DNA of 10,161 nt, from the NCBI GenBank assembly GCA_043808015.1, contig JAZDFI010000032.1, positions 1 to 10,161 of the forward strand. The letters are read 5' to 3'. This document shows, in pieces, positions 1 through 7,070 of the stretch. Position 1 is the first letter of the stretch. Each line of letters begins with the position of its first letter. The DNA is from Candidatus Aenigmatarchaeota archaeon. Its GTDB lineage: Archaea; Aenigmatarchaeota; Aenigmatarchaeia; QMZP01; QMZT01. The notes below the pieces were generated by a model. That model was given only the letters and a program-made list of their open reading frames with translations. It ran no database searches and was not told the DNA's origin. Both the position numbers and the translations under genes were made by a program.

Positions 1-175
1 GCGCTACGCCGCCCGCCTTGCGTATGTCCGCGGGCACGCGCTCCAGAACCATGACGGCGACTGCGCCTGACTTCTCGGCGATTCTCGCCTGCTCGACGCT
101 CACGACGTCCATTATGACGCCGCCCTTGAGCATTTCAGCCAGGCCGATTTTTAATCGCAAAGTTCCCTTTTCCAT
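1..175 (-). CDS. pdxS: Pyridoxal 5'-phosphate synthase lyase subunit PdxS, N-terminal part (runs off the window's left edge)
   Basis: Manual translation from the ATG at 175: [58 protein letters not shown]. This is the characteristic PdxS/SNZ N-terminus ([18 protein letters not shown]). GGGTG RBS-like sequence upstream. Not in the supplied ORF track. Confidence 0.96.
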   Translation of the reverse strand, partial: MEKGTLRLKIGLAEMLKGGVIMDVVSVEQARIAEKSGAVAVMVLERVPADIRKAGGVA

Positions 176-219
176 GAAGACACCCTATAACATTTTAGTT
201 GTTGTGAGTAATTTAAATA

Positions 220-519
220 TTATCGCAGCATCCTGGCCCGGTCGCGGTAGAATCTTGCCGCGTCTTTCAGCAGCTTCTTGCCCTTCGGCGTTATGTTGTA
301 GACCTGCTTCATGCCGTCTTTAGTCTTTTCCACGTATCCCTTTTTCCTGAGCGAGTAGAGCACGCGGTAAGCGGTCACGTTGCCCGGCCTGAAGCCGAAC
401 CTGCGCTCGGTTTCTGCGCGCAGAACGTAAGCGTGCATGGGCTTTTCCCTCAGTATGCGCAGTATGTATGGCCACAGGCAGTCGTAAGTGTTGTTTCTTT
501 CCAGCTTGACGAATGGCAT
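220..519 (-). CDS. PadR-family winged-helix transcriptional regulator
   Basis: 99 aa with the PadR pattern: YILRILREKPMHAY..., PGNVTAYRVLYSLRKKGYV, VYNITPKGKKLL. Confidence 0.9.
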   Translation of the reverse strand: MPFVKLERNNTYDCLWPYILRILREKPMHAYVLRAETERRFGFRPGNVTAYRVLYSLRKKGYVEKTKDGMKQVYNITPKGKKLLKDAARFYRDRARMLR

Positions 520-529
520 GTTAACAAGT

Positions 530-591
530 TGTTTTACTGGTATAAAACATTTAAATATGAGGTTGCAATTATTTTATAACTGTAAAATAAT
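530..591. promoter_or_regulatory. Divergent padR/ino1 promoter region with two related palindromes (candidate operators) overlapping TATA-like boxes
   Basis: 530-549 is TGTTTTA-ctggta-TAAAACA and 568-591 is ATTATTTTA-taactg-TAAAATAAT. Both have perfect arms and a 6-nt spacer. ATTTAAAT lies between them at 549-556. Confidence 0.7.
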
Positions 592-627
592 GATGTTCTT
601 TGGAAATAACATACGGATGGTGGTTTT

Positions 628-1731
628 ATGGTGAAGGAATTAAGGCTTGCAATCGCGGGCGTGGGCAACTGTGCCTCGTCGCTGATACAGGGGCTGTTCT
701 ATTACAAGAACGTCAGTACCAACGACGAGATCGTGCCCGGGCTCATGCACAACGTTCTCGGCGGCTACGCCATAACCAGCATAAGGCCCGTCGCGGCGTT
801 CGACATCGACAAGCGCAAGGTCGGGAAGGACCTTGGGGAAGCGATATTTGCGAAGCCCAACTGCACCAAAGTCTTCTGCAAGGACGTCCCCAAAATCGGC
901 GTGACGGTCATGCGCGGCCCGACGCTCGACGGCGTGGCGAATCACATGAAAGACTACCCGGAGGACAGGACTTTCTTGGTCTCAGACGAAGCGCCCGTCG
1001 ATGTAGCCAAGGTTCTGAAAGAGACGAAAGCGGACGTCCTGATCAATTACATGCCCGTCGGCTCGGAAGAGGCGACGAAATACTACGCGGAAGCGGCTAT
1101 CAAAGCCGGCTGCGGTTTAGTCAACTGCATGCCCGTATTCATCGCTTCCAACAGCGAGTGGGCCAAAAAATTCGAGAACGCCCATCTCCCGATAATAGGC
1201 GACGACATAAAATCGCAGGTCGGCGCCACCATCACGCACAGGGTTCTGACAAAGCTTTTCTCAGACCGCGGCGTAAAACTTGAGCGCACGTACCAGCTCA
1301 ATACGGGCGGGAATACTGACTTCCTCAACATGCTCGAGCGCTCAAGACTCAAGTCGAAAAAGATTTCGAAAACGGAAGCGGTCCAGTCCCAGCTGCCGGT
1401 CAGGATGAAGGACGAGAACATACACATCGGGCCCAGCGATTACGTGCCCTGGCAGAATGACAACAAAGTCTGCTTCATCCGCATGGAAGGCAAGAAATTC
1501 GGAGATGTTCCCATCGAACTGGAGCTTCGCTTGTCCGTAGAGGATTCGCCCAATTCGGCCGGCATCGTAATCGACGCGATACGCTGCATAAAGCTGGCGA
1601 AAGACCACGGAGTGGGCGGCGCGCTGATATCGCCATCATCGTATTTCATGAAGCATCCGCCGCAGCAGTTCCCGGATTCCGTCGCGAAGCAGATGGTCGA
1701 GGAATTCATCAAGGGCGAACGTGAACGATAG
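628..1731 (+). CDS. ino1: myo-inositol-1(3)-phosphate synthase
   Basis: Rossmann start [12 protein letters not shown] and motifs [52 protein letters not shown] upstream. Confidence 0.97.
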   Translation: MVKELRLAIAGVGNCASSLIQGLFYYKNVSTNDEIVPGLMHNVLGGYAITSIRPVAAFDIDKRKVGKDLGEAIFAKPNCTKVFCKDVPKIGVTVMRGPTLDGVANHMKDYPEDRTFLVSDEAPVDVAKVLKETKADVLINYMPVGSEEATKYYAEAAIKAGCGLVNCMPVFIASNSEWAKKFENAHLPIIGDDIKSQVGATITHRVLTKLFSDRGVKLERTYQLNTGGNTDFLNMLERSRLKSKKISKTEAVQSQLPVRMKDENIHIGPSDYVPWQNDNKVCFIRMEGKKFGDVPIELELRLSVEDSPNSAGIVIDAIRCIKLAKDHGVGGALISPSSYFMKHPPQQFPDSVAKQMVEEFIKGERER

Positions 1732-1776
1732 AAACATAAAAGGAACCTCATATAAGATTATAACAGGGTTGACAAG

Positions 1777-2400
1777 ATGGTCCTTTACAGGAAGCGCGAG
1801 ATGTTTTCGGATTTGTCAATAAAGATAGGCATGGTTTTCTCCAAAGTAGGCCTTTCCCCGAACCAGTGGACGCTTCTCGTGATATTGCCTACACTGGCTT
1901 CGCTTTACTTCATTGTCGATAAGCAGTTCCTTGTCGCAGCCTGCTTCCTGATAGTGGCCGCTTTCATAGACATGATTGACGGGGCCGTCGCGAGAGTTAT
2001 GGGCAAGACCACGAAGCTGGGTGCATACCTTGACACCATAATGGACAGGTACGTCGAGGCGATAATACTCGTGGGCCTGCTATTCGTGGGGCTGCCGGAC
2101 TTCTATCTTCCCAGCACGGTGTGGATATTCCTGTTCCTGCTCGGCTCCATGATGACGACCTACGCGAAAGCCGCCGCGAAAGAGAAGGAGCTCACGGACA
2201 AGGAAATAGCGGGCGGCCTGCTGGAGCGCGGCGAGCGCCTCATAATTCTTTTCCTGGGCATACTGCTGGCGCATTTCAGGCTTTCCTACCTGACTTACAT
2301 AATCGTGGCGCTGGCAATCCTCACCAACATAACAGCGCTGCAGAGGATACATATAGCCATAGATGCGGCCAGGGCCAAAATCAGGCTCATTGCCAAGTGA
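1777..2400 (+). CDS. CDP-alcohol phosphatidyltransferase, probable archaetidylinositol-phosphate synthase
   Basis: Signature DMIDGAVAR...GAYLDTIMDRYVE, plus SPNQWT and GLLERGER motifs and several hydrophobic helices. Substrate is inferred from its position directly after ino1. Confidence 0.88.
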   Translation: MVLYRKREMFSDLSIKIGMVFSKVGLSPNQWTLLVILPTLASLYFIVDKQFLVAACFLIVAAFIDMIDGAVARVMGKTTKLGAYLDTIMDRYVEAIILVGLLFVGLPDFYLPSTVWIFLFLLGSMMTTYAKAAAKEKELTDKEIAGGLLERGERLIILFLGILLAHFRLSYLTYIIVALAILTNITALQRIHIAIDAARAKIRLIAK

Positions 2401-2449
2401 GCACACCCCGGTTTTTTAAAACTGCTTCCCGTCTTATTCTAGGGACTCC

Positions 2450-2701
2450 ATGATTGTGGATATGGTCGACGTCCGCGTTGAGAAAGCCGCTTTCCACAGA
2501 AACCGCCTCATAACCGTGCTAGCGCCGCTATACAAAGACAAAATCGCCAAATATGGCGAAACTTTTTTGAAAATATACGACCTTGCTGAGATGCCGAGCG
2601 TCGGGAAAATGATGTGGGAAGGGAATGAAGTTTCGGTTTCCATAAGCGAAAAGGACCTGCAGGAGATGGGACTCGCGCCATTGGACATCGGCCTTTTGTG
2701 A
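2450..2701 (+). CDS. Small hypothetical protein (83 aa)
   Basis: Fills the intergenic gap and has its own TTTTTAAAA promoter-like element at 2413. Shares a C-terminal motif with the next ORF. Confidence 0.65.
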   Translation: MIVDMVDVRVEKAAFHRNRLITVLAPLYKDKIAKYGETFLKIYDLAEMPSVGKMMWEGNEVSVSISEKDLQEMGLAPLDIGLL

Positions 2702-2747
2702 TTCTGGCTCATGTAATATTTTTAAAACCTTTTCCATTGTTATTCTC

Positions 2748-2969
2748 ATGGAAAGAAAATTTACCCTTTCCGGGGTTTCTAATGGAAGACTGTACGGTGA
2801 ACTGATATTCCACCTATATGACCCGGTAAGCAACAGGACATTGGAGTTTACAAGCCGGCCAGGAGACGATAATTACCCTGTTTTTAAAGAGAAGTTAAGC
2901 AAAGTGGCTATTGGCTCAACTTTAGCCATCGACATACCTGAAAACACATTACAGAAATTGCAGATGTGA
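2748..2969 (+). CDS. Small hypothetical protein (73 aa), probably leaderless
   Basis: The ATG lies about 25 nt after TTTTTAAAA (2719-2727) with no RBS. The ORF fills the gap before the convergent RPA32-like gene. Confidence 0.65.
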   Translation: MERKFTLSGVSNGRLYGELIFHLYDPVSNRTLEFTSRPGDDNYPVFKEKLSKVAIGSTLAIDIPENTLQKLQM

Positions 2970-2993
2970 AACCATTTTTGAATAAAAGATGCA

Positions 2994-3719
2994 TTATATT
3001 TTTCTTATCCTGCCGGGGCTTGGCTCATAGCACATGCCGTCATTAAGGAGCTCGTCGACCGCGCTCTCGATGTCAGCGCCCTTGGCCTTGACGCTTTTCA
3101 TGAGCTGGGAATAGACTATGCCGTCTTTTGAAGCGTTGATGACGTCGAGCAGCTGCTTCTTCAGCGAGCTTTTTTCACTGCCTCCGGCTTTCTTGCCGCC
3201 TTCGCCTAACAGAGAGTCAATTATGGGCTTCTCTATGCCGAATTTTTCAGAAAGCTCCTGCCTGAGCTCGTCTGGATTGCGAGCCTTGTTTTTCTCCAGG
3301 AATTCCTTCGCCCTGCGCGCGGCCGTCTGCTTGTAGACCATCTCGAGCCTGCGCATCACCTCGACGTTCGGGTCCGTCACCTTGCTGACGACCTCAGGCA
3401 TCATGTACTTCTCGCCGTTGTATTCCCTCAGCTTGCCTATCACGTCGACGATGTCGCCGATCTCTACCGTGTCGAGCGGCTTTATCGTCTTGAAGGTCTT
3501 GGCGCGTATGGTATCGCTGCCGTCGTCGAGAGTCACAGCCGCATAGTTGCCGTCTTCTGCGACGAATTTCGCCACGATCGTCGCCAGTACCCTTGCGCGT
3601 GCGACCTCTTCCCCGGACGGCGTCTTTACGAAACTGGGCTCGAAGCCGCCCTTCTTGACGAAAGTGCCGTTTACAATTTCCCACACGCGCACTTTCTTGG
3701 CAGTCTGCCTTGCTATCAT
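2994..3719 (-). CDS. RPA32/RPA2-like single-stranded-DNA-binding protein (OB fold plus C-terminal winged helix)
   Basis: RQTAKKVRV...RARVLATIV...VTLDDGSDTIRAK...GDIVDVIGKLREYNGEKY is an OB fold. C-terminal ...AVDELLNDGMCYEPSPGRIRKI is winged-helix-like. Start moved to the ATG at 3719 because GAGG lies upstream. Confidence 0.87.
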   Translation of the reverse strand: MIARQTAKKVRVWEIVNGTFVKKGGFEPSFVKTPSGEEVARARVLATIVAKFVAEDGNYAAVTLDDGSDTIRAKTFKTIKPLDTVEIGDIVDVIGKLREYNGEKYMMPEVVSKVTDPNVEVMRRLEMVYKQTAARRAKEFLEKNKARNPDELRQELSEKFGIEKPIIDSLLGEGGKKAGGSEKSSLKKQLLDVINASKDGIVYSQLMKSVKAKGADIESAVDELLNDGMCYEPSPGRIRKI

Positions 3720-3749
3720 GCGAAAACCTCTCAACCCTCAATCCATTAC

Positions 3750-3782
3750 GATGTTTTATTTTTGTCGCTAAGATATAAAAAT
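3750..3782 (-). promoter_or_regulatory. Promoter of the RPA32-like gene (copy A of a 33-bp duplicated element)
   Basis: Minus strand ATTTTTATATCTTAGCGACAAAAATAAAACATC, containing a TTTATAT TATA box. 28/33 identical to 4421-4453. Confidence 0.65.
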
Positions 3783-3783
3783 A

Positions 3784-4266
3784 TCAGAAAAACTTCACCA
3801 TGAGGTAATCGTCGTAGTATCTTCCGCCCTTTTTGACGTTTTTCTTCATGGTGGCTTCCCTTTCAAAACCGAACTTTTTGAAAAACTTTATGCCTCTTTT
3901 GTTGTCGGCATTGACCTCGAGATCGACTCTCTTGAAGCCCTCTTCCCTTAGTTTTTTCAAAATATACCTCATCAGTTTTTTTGACACGCCGAAGCCCCTG
4001 AATTCCTTTCTGACTACTATGGGGGTTATGTGCGCGACATGCTGCCCCTGGCCTTCCGGAGAGGAAGCCGATATGAAACCTATGACATCGCCAAGCATCT
4101 CGCACACGTAAGTGTGCTTTCTCGCGACCATGTCATTCCATATTTTCCTGAACTCCTCTTTTTTCATGGGATTGTAGTTCAGGTAATAGTTGTTCTCCTC
4201 ATCGAAGTATATCTTGAGAACAGTCTCGAAGTCCTTCTCCATGGCTCTCCTTATATTCGAGAGCAT
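3784..4266 (-). CDS. GNAT-family N-acetyltransferase
   Basis: IRRAMEKD start, acetyl-CoA motif VRKEFRGFGVSKKLM, and LEVNADNKRGIKFFKKFGF. The GNAT domain begins at the ATG at 4266; an in-frame ATG at 4374 is an alternative start. Confidence 0.88.
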   Translation of the reverse strand: MLSNIRRAMEKDFETVLKIYFDEENNYYLNYNPMKKEEFRKIWNDMVARKHTYVCEMLGDVIGFISASSPEGQGQHVAHITPIVVRKEFRGFGVSKKLMRYILKKLREEGFKRVDLEVNADNKRGIKFFKKFGFEREATMKKNVKKGGRYYDDYLMVKFF

Positions 4267-4420
4267 CACCTGCTGGAGAATGAACTGGTAAGTGGTTGTG
4301 AATGTTGATGTGAAAAGATCGCTTACCTTCAGGTAATTTTTCTTTGTTTCATCCAAGACTTTTCTGACAACCATACGTTGTTCACACACCTGTATGCGAA
4401 AAACAACCAACCATTAATTA

Positions 4421-4453
4421 GATGTGTTATTTTTACCGCTGATATATAAAAAT
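4421..4453 (-). promoter_or_regulatory. Promoter of the GNAT gene (copy B of the 33-bp duplicated element)
   Basis: Minus strand ATTTTTATATATCAGCGGTAAAAATAACACATC, containing a TTTATATA box. Confidence 0.65.
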
Positions 4454-4466
4454 CAAAGTTCGCCGC

Positions 4467-5084
4467 TCATGTCATCACGGCTTCCAGCGTTTCCATCCTG
4501 AACTTCGTGCCCGAGCAGCCGTTCTTTATGAGCGGCACGGCCTGGAAGGGAATCTTGTTTAATTCGAGCAGCTTCGAAGCGAGCTTTATTTCCTCGCAGC
4601 ATGCGACCCCGACGACGCCGTCGTACTTGCGCGTGGCCAGCAGCTTCCTCACGCACGAGCCTCCGGGCAGGATGAATATGTCGTAACCCTTCTTCTGCGC
4701 CAGCGCCGTCGCCTTGTTGACGCTGCAGTCCGGCGAGCAGTGGCGGCACTGGTAATAAGACAATTCGGCGTTGAACCTGGCTTTGCACCTCTGGTCCATG
4801 AACTTCCTGGCGCAGTGCGGCATGAGGAGTGCGCGTTTTTTCGTTTTCGAGAAGGTTTCCTTCTGTGTCAGATTCCGTATGTACGTGTCCATCAGGTCCT
4901 CGACGATCATGGAGGCCTCGGACACGGGCAGGCCCGTCAGTTTGTGAACCTTGAACTTCTCCATGAGTTTTCTCGAGCTGCTGCCCAGCTTCTTGTGCAG
5001 CCTGTTCCTTTCAGAGAACTTGGCAAGGTCCCTGAAAAAGTTCTGGGAGAATTTCGAGAGGTCGAAGTTGAAAGAGTATGCCAT
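4467..5084 (-). CDS. DUF116-family Cys-rich (putative metal/Fe-S-binding) protein
   Basis: LLMPHCAR...C...CRHCSPDC...ILPGGS...VVGVACCEE...AVPLIKNGC matches the DUF116 pattern. The ATG at 5084 is preceded by GGGTG. Confidence 0.82.
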   Translation of the reverse strand: MAYSFNFDLSKFSQNFFRDLAKFSERNRLHKKLGSSSRKLMEKFKVHKLTGLPVSEASMIVEDLMDTYIRNLTQKETFSKTKKRALLMPHCARKFMDQRCKARFNAELSYYQCRHCSPDCSVNKATALAQKKGYDIFILPGGSCVRKLLATRKYDGVVGVACCEEIKLASKLLELNKIPFQAVPLIKNGCSGTKFRMETLEAVMT

Positions 5085-5173
5085 TATTGCACCCAATTAA
5101 CACTATGAATTACTTGGTGAGAAAATAATTTAAAGTAAGCTCTTCATGAAAGATCTTAAGCAGAAAACGATTA

Positions 5174-5896
5174 TCATTTGCCGAACCTGCGCTGCCTTTC
5201 CGCGTATTCCTTTATCGCTCCAGCAATATCGTCCTTGCTAAGTTCGGGCCAGAACTTGTCCATGAAGAACAGCTCGGAATAGGTCGACTGGAACGGGAGA
5301 AAATTAGAGAGCCGCTTTTCCCCGCCCGTCCTGATTACCATGTCCGGATCGCTTAGTTCGCCGGCCCACATGTAGTTCCTGAGCGTGCTCTCCTTTATGT
5401 TGCCGACTTTTATCCTGCCTTTCTGCGCGTCTCTGGCGAGCTTCCGCACGGCTTCGGTTATCTCCTGGCGGCCGCCGTAGGCGATGGCGAGGTTCAGGAA
5501 GGCGTTTGTGTAACGGCCGGTCTTCTCTTCGACGAGGCGTATGCCCTGCTGAATATCCGCCGGCAGCACTTCGAGCCTGCCGAAGAACCTGACTCTTGTT
5601 TTGTTAATGTGCACGGAGTGCTTCGCGTTTTCAAGGATTTCCTTTATCTCGCCGCGCGCGAGGCCGAACAGGTAGCTCAGCTCGCGCTTGGGCCTGTTCT
5701 TCAGGTTTTCAAGCGAAAGCAGATATATCGTCACGTTCTTGACGCCCAGCTCGTTGCACCAGCTGGCCACGTTCCTGATCTTGCCGAGGCCCATCTCATG
5801 ACCTTTCCATGGCATCTGCATCAGGCGCTTGGCCAGCCGCCTGTTACCGTCGGGTATTATTCCGATATGACTTGGAGCCGATATTATAAGAATCAC
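5174..5896 (-). CDS. uppS: cis-prenyltransferase (polyprenyl/undecaprenyl-diphosphate synthase family)
   Basis: HIGIIPDGNRR, LSLENLKNRP, LNLAIAYGGRQEI, DPDMVIRTGGEKRLSNFLPFQ and C-terminal RRFGK. The start codon is uncertain. Confidence 0.95.
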   Translation of the reverse strand: MILIISAPSHIGIIPDGNRRLAKRLMQMPWKGHEMGLGKIRNVASWCNELGVKNVTIYLLSLENLKNRPKRELSYLFGLARGEIKEILENAKHSVHINKTRVRFFGRLEVLPADIQQGIRLVEEKTGRYTNAFLNLAIAYGGRQEITEAVRKLARDAQKGRIKVGNIKESTLRNYMWAGELSDPDMVIRTGGEKRLSNFLPFQSTYSELFFMDKFWPELSKDDIAGAIKEYAERQRRFGK

Positions 5897-5989
5897 CTTT
5901 AAAGCTACTTCTGGCCGTTTTGCCAGATTTATAAGAATTATTATTAGATATTAATAAATATTCACAAACGGGCATTTCAGGTGTTTTTG

Positions 5990-6811
5990 ATGAAATTCGA
6001 GCTACATTGCCATTCCCATCACTCCAGGGGCGCGAAAATACCCTGGGAAGGCATACCATCCCCGTCGGAGATAGTCGCCCACGCGAAGAGGTTAGGGCTG
6101 TCAGGCGTTGCCATAACGGACCACCACACGACCAAGGCATGGGACGAAGCGCGCAGGGAAGCGAAAAAACAGGGCATAATCTTCATTCCAGGCGTCGAGC
6201 TGCAGACACAGTCAGGTCATGTTATAGCCCTGGGCATAAGCGAGCCGGTAGCGAACTTCCTCAGCGTCGAAGAAACGGTGGAAAGGATACGCGAACAGGG
6301 TGGCGTTTCCGTAGCGGCACATCCTTTCGACGTCCGCGGCCAGGGCATCCGAAGGCAGGCTGAAAAGGCGGACGCCATAGAAGTGTTCAACTCGCTCAAC
6401 ATAGACAAGATTGGCAACCTGTGCACGTCCTCCATGTTCAGGCATTCCCCGCTTCCGAAGATCGCCGGCTCGGACGCGCATACTCTTTCCATGCTCGGTT
6501 GCTCCGTCAACACGATGGATGCGGATAGCGTCGATGGCGTGCTCAAATGCATTCGCAGCGGACGGGTCGAATTCACCGGCCGTTACATGCCCATGAACGA
6601 AGTCCTGAACTGGGCGCGGGAGCGCCTGACCAGGTCGCAGGAATATGTGATGAAATACACGGCAGAAAACTACTACCAGCCCAAGGCGTGGCTGTACAGC
6701 AAGATGCTCAAGAAATTCCTGGTCACAAGCAATACGCCATGGCGCGTGCTGGCAGAGATGAGCCTTGGCGCTGTAAGAGGATACGGCATGGTTAAAATGC
6801 TGAGTTACTGA
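5990..6811 (+). CDS. PHP-domain metal-dependent phosphoesterase
   Basis: ELHCHS, AITDHH, IPGVE, GHVIALG, AAHPF and GSDAH motifs. The ATG at 5990 follows an AGGTG RBS. Confidence 0.92.
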   Translation: MKFELHCHSHHSRGAKIPWEGIPSPSEIVAHAKRLGLSGVAITDHHTTKAWDEARREAKKQGIIFIPGVELQTQSGHVIALGISEPVANFLSVEETVERIREQGGVSVAAHPFDVRGQGIRRQAEKADAIEVFNSLNIDKIGNLCTSSMFRHSPLPKIAGSDAHTLSMLGCSVNTMDADSVDGVLKCIRSGRVEFTGRYMPMNEVLNWARERLTRSQEYVMKYTAENYYQPKAWLYSKMLKKFLVTSNTPWRVLAEMSLGAVRGYGMVKMLSY

Positions 6812-6812
6812 A

Positions 6813-7043
6813 TCAGCCTAGTTCTGACAGCCTGAGCTGCACCCTGGGAATGGTGCATCCAAAAATTTCCGGATATTTGCCCAATTTTACTATAAGGCCA
6901 TCAAGGTAATTTTTTTCGCCAAGTGAAATGTTTGAAAGGGCATTTTCAGCTTCAAGTCTCAATGCGTTTATTTCCGCTTGCTCATATGGGGTGTAACTCT
7001 TGATTTTTATCGGTTTCATTTCCCCCGTGACTAGTGGCAGCAT
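6813..7043 (-). CDS. Small hypothetical protein (76 aa)
   Basis: Fills the gap between the surface-protein gene and the convergent PHP gene. AAGGT upstream of the ATG; no recognisable motif. Confidence 0.55.
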   Translation of the reverse strand: MLPLVTGEMKPIKIKSYTPYEQAEINALRLEAENALSNISLGEKNYLDGLIVKLGKYPEIFGCTIPRVQLRLSELG

Positions 7044-7070
7044 AACATTTACCTTTTAATCCGGTCCGGT

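Noticed and set aside
18-323. 101-aa + strand ORF
   Set aside because: Antisense shadow of pdxS and padR; the minus frames carry the recognisable motifs.
600-1751. Overlapping alternative ORFs within ino1 (600-1283 +; 640-945, 1083-1427, 1342-1608, 1440-1751 -)
   Set aside because: Frame-shifted or antisense shadows expected from GC-rich codon bias; no motifs.
1777-2400. Di-myo-inositol-phosphate synthase (compatible-solute) interpretation
   Set aside because: No CTP:inositol-1-phosphate cytidylyltransferase domain or gene in the window. Size and motifs fit a stand-alone AIP/PIP synthase better, though the alternative is not fully excluded.
2434-2833. Minus-strand ORFs 2434-2712 and 2528-2833
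   Set aside because: The + strand ORFs have matching promoters and a shared protein motif; these have neither.
3750-4453. Direct repeats read as IS ends, att sites or CRISPR repeats
   Set aside because: Only two imperfect copies about 670 bp apart, no transposase, integrase or cas gene, and both coincide with TATA promoters.
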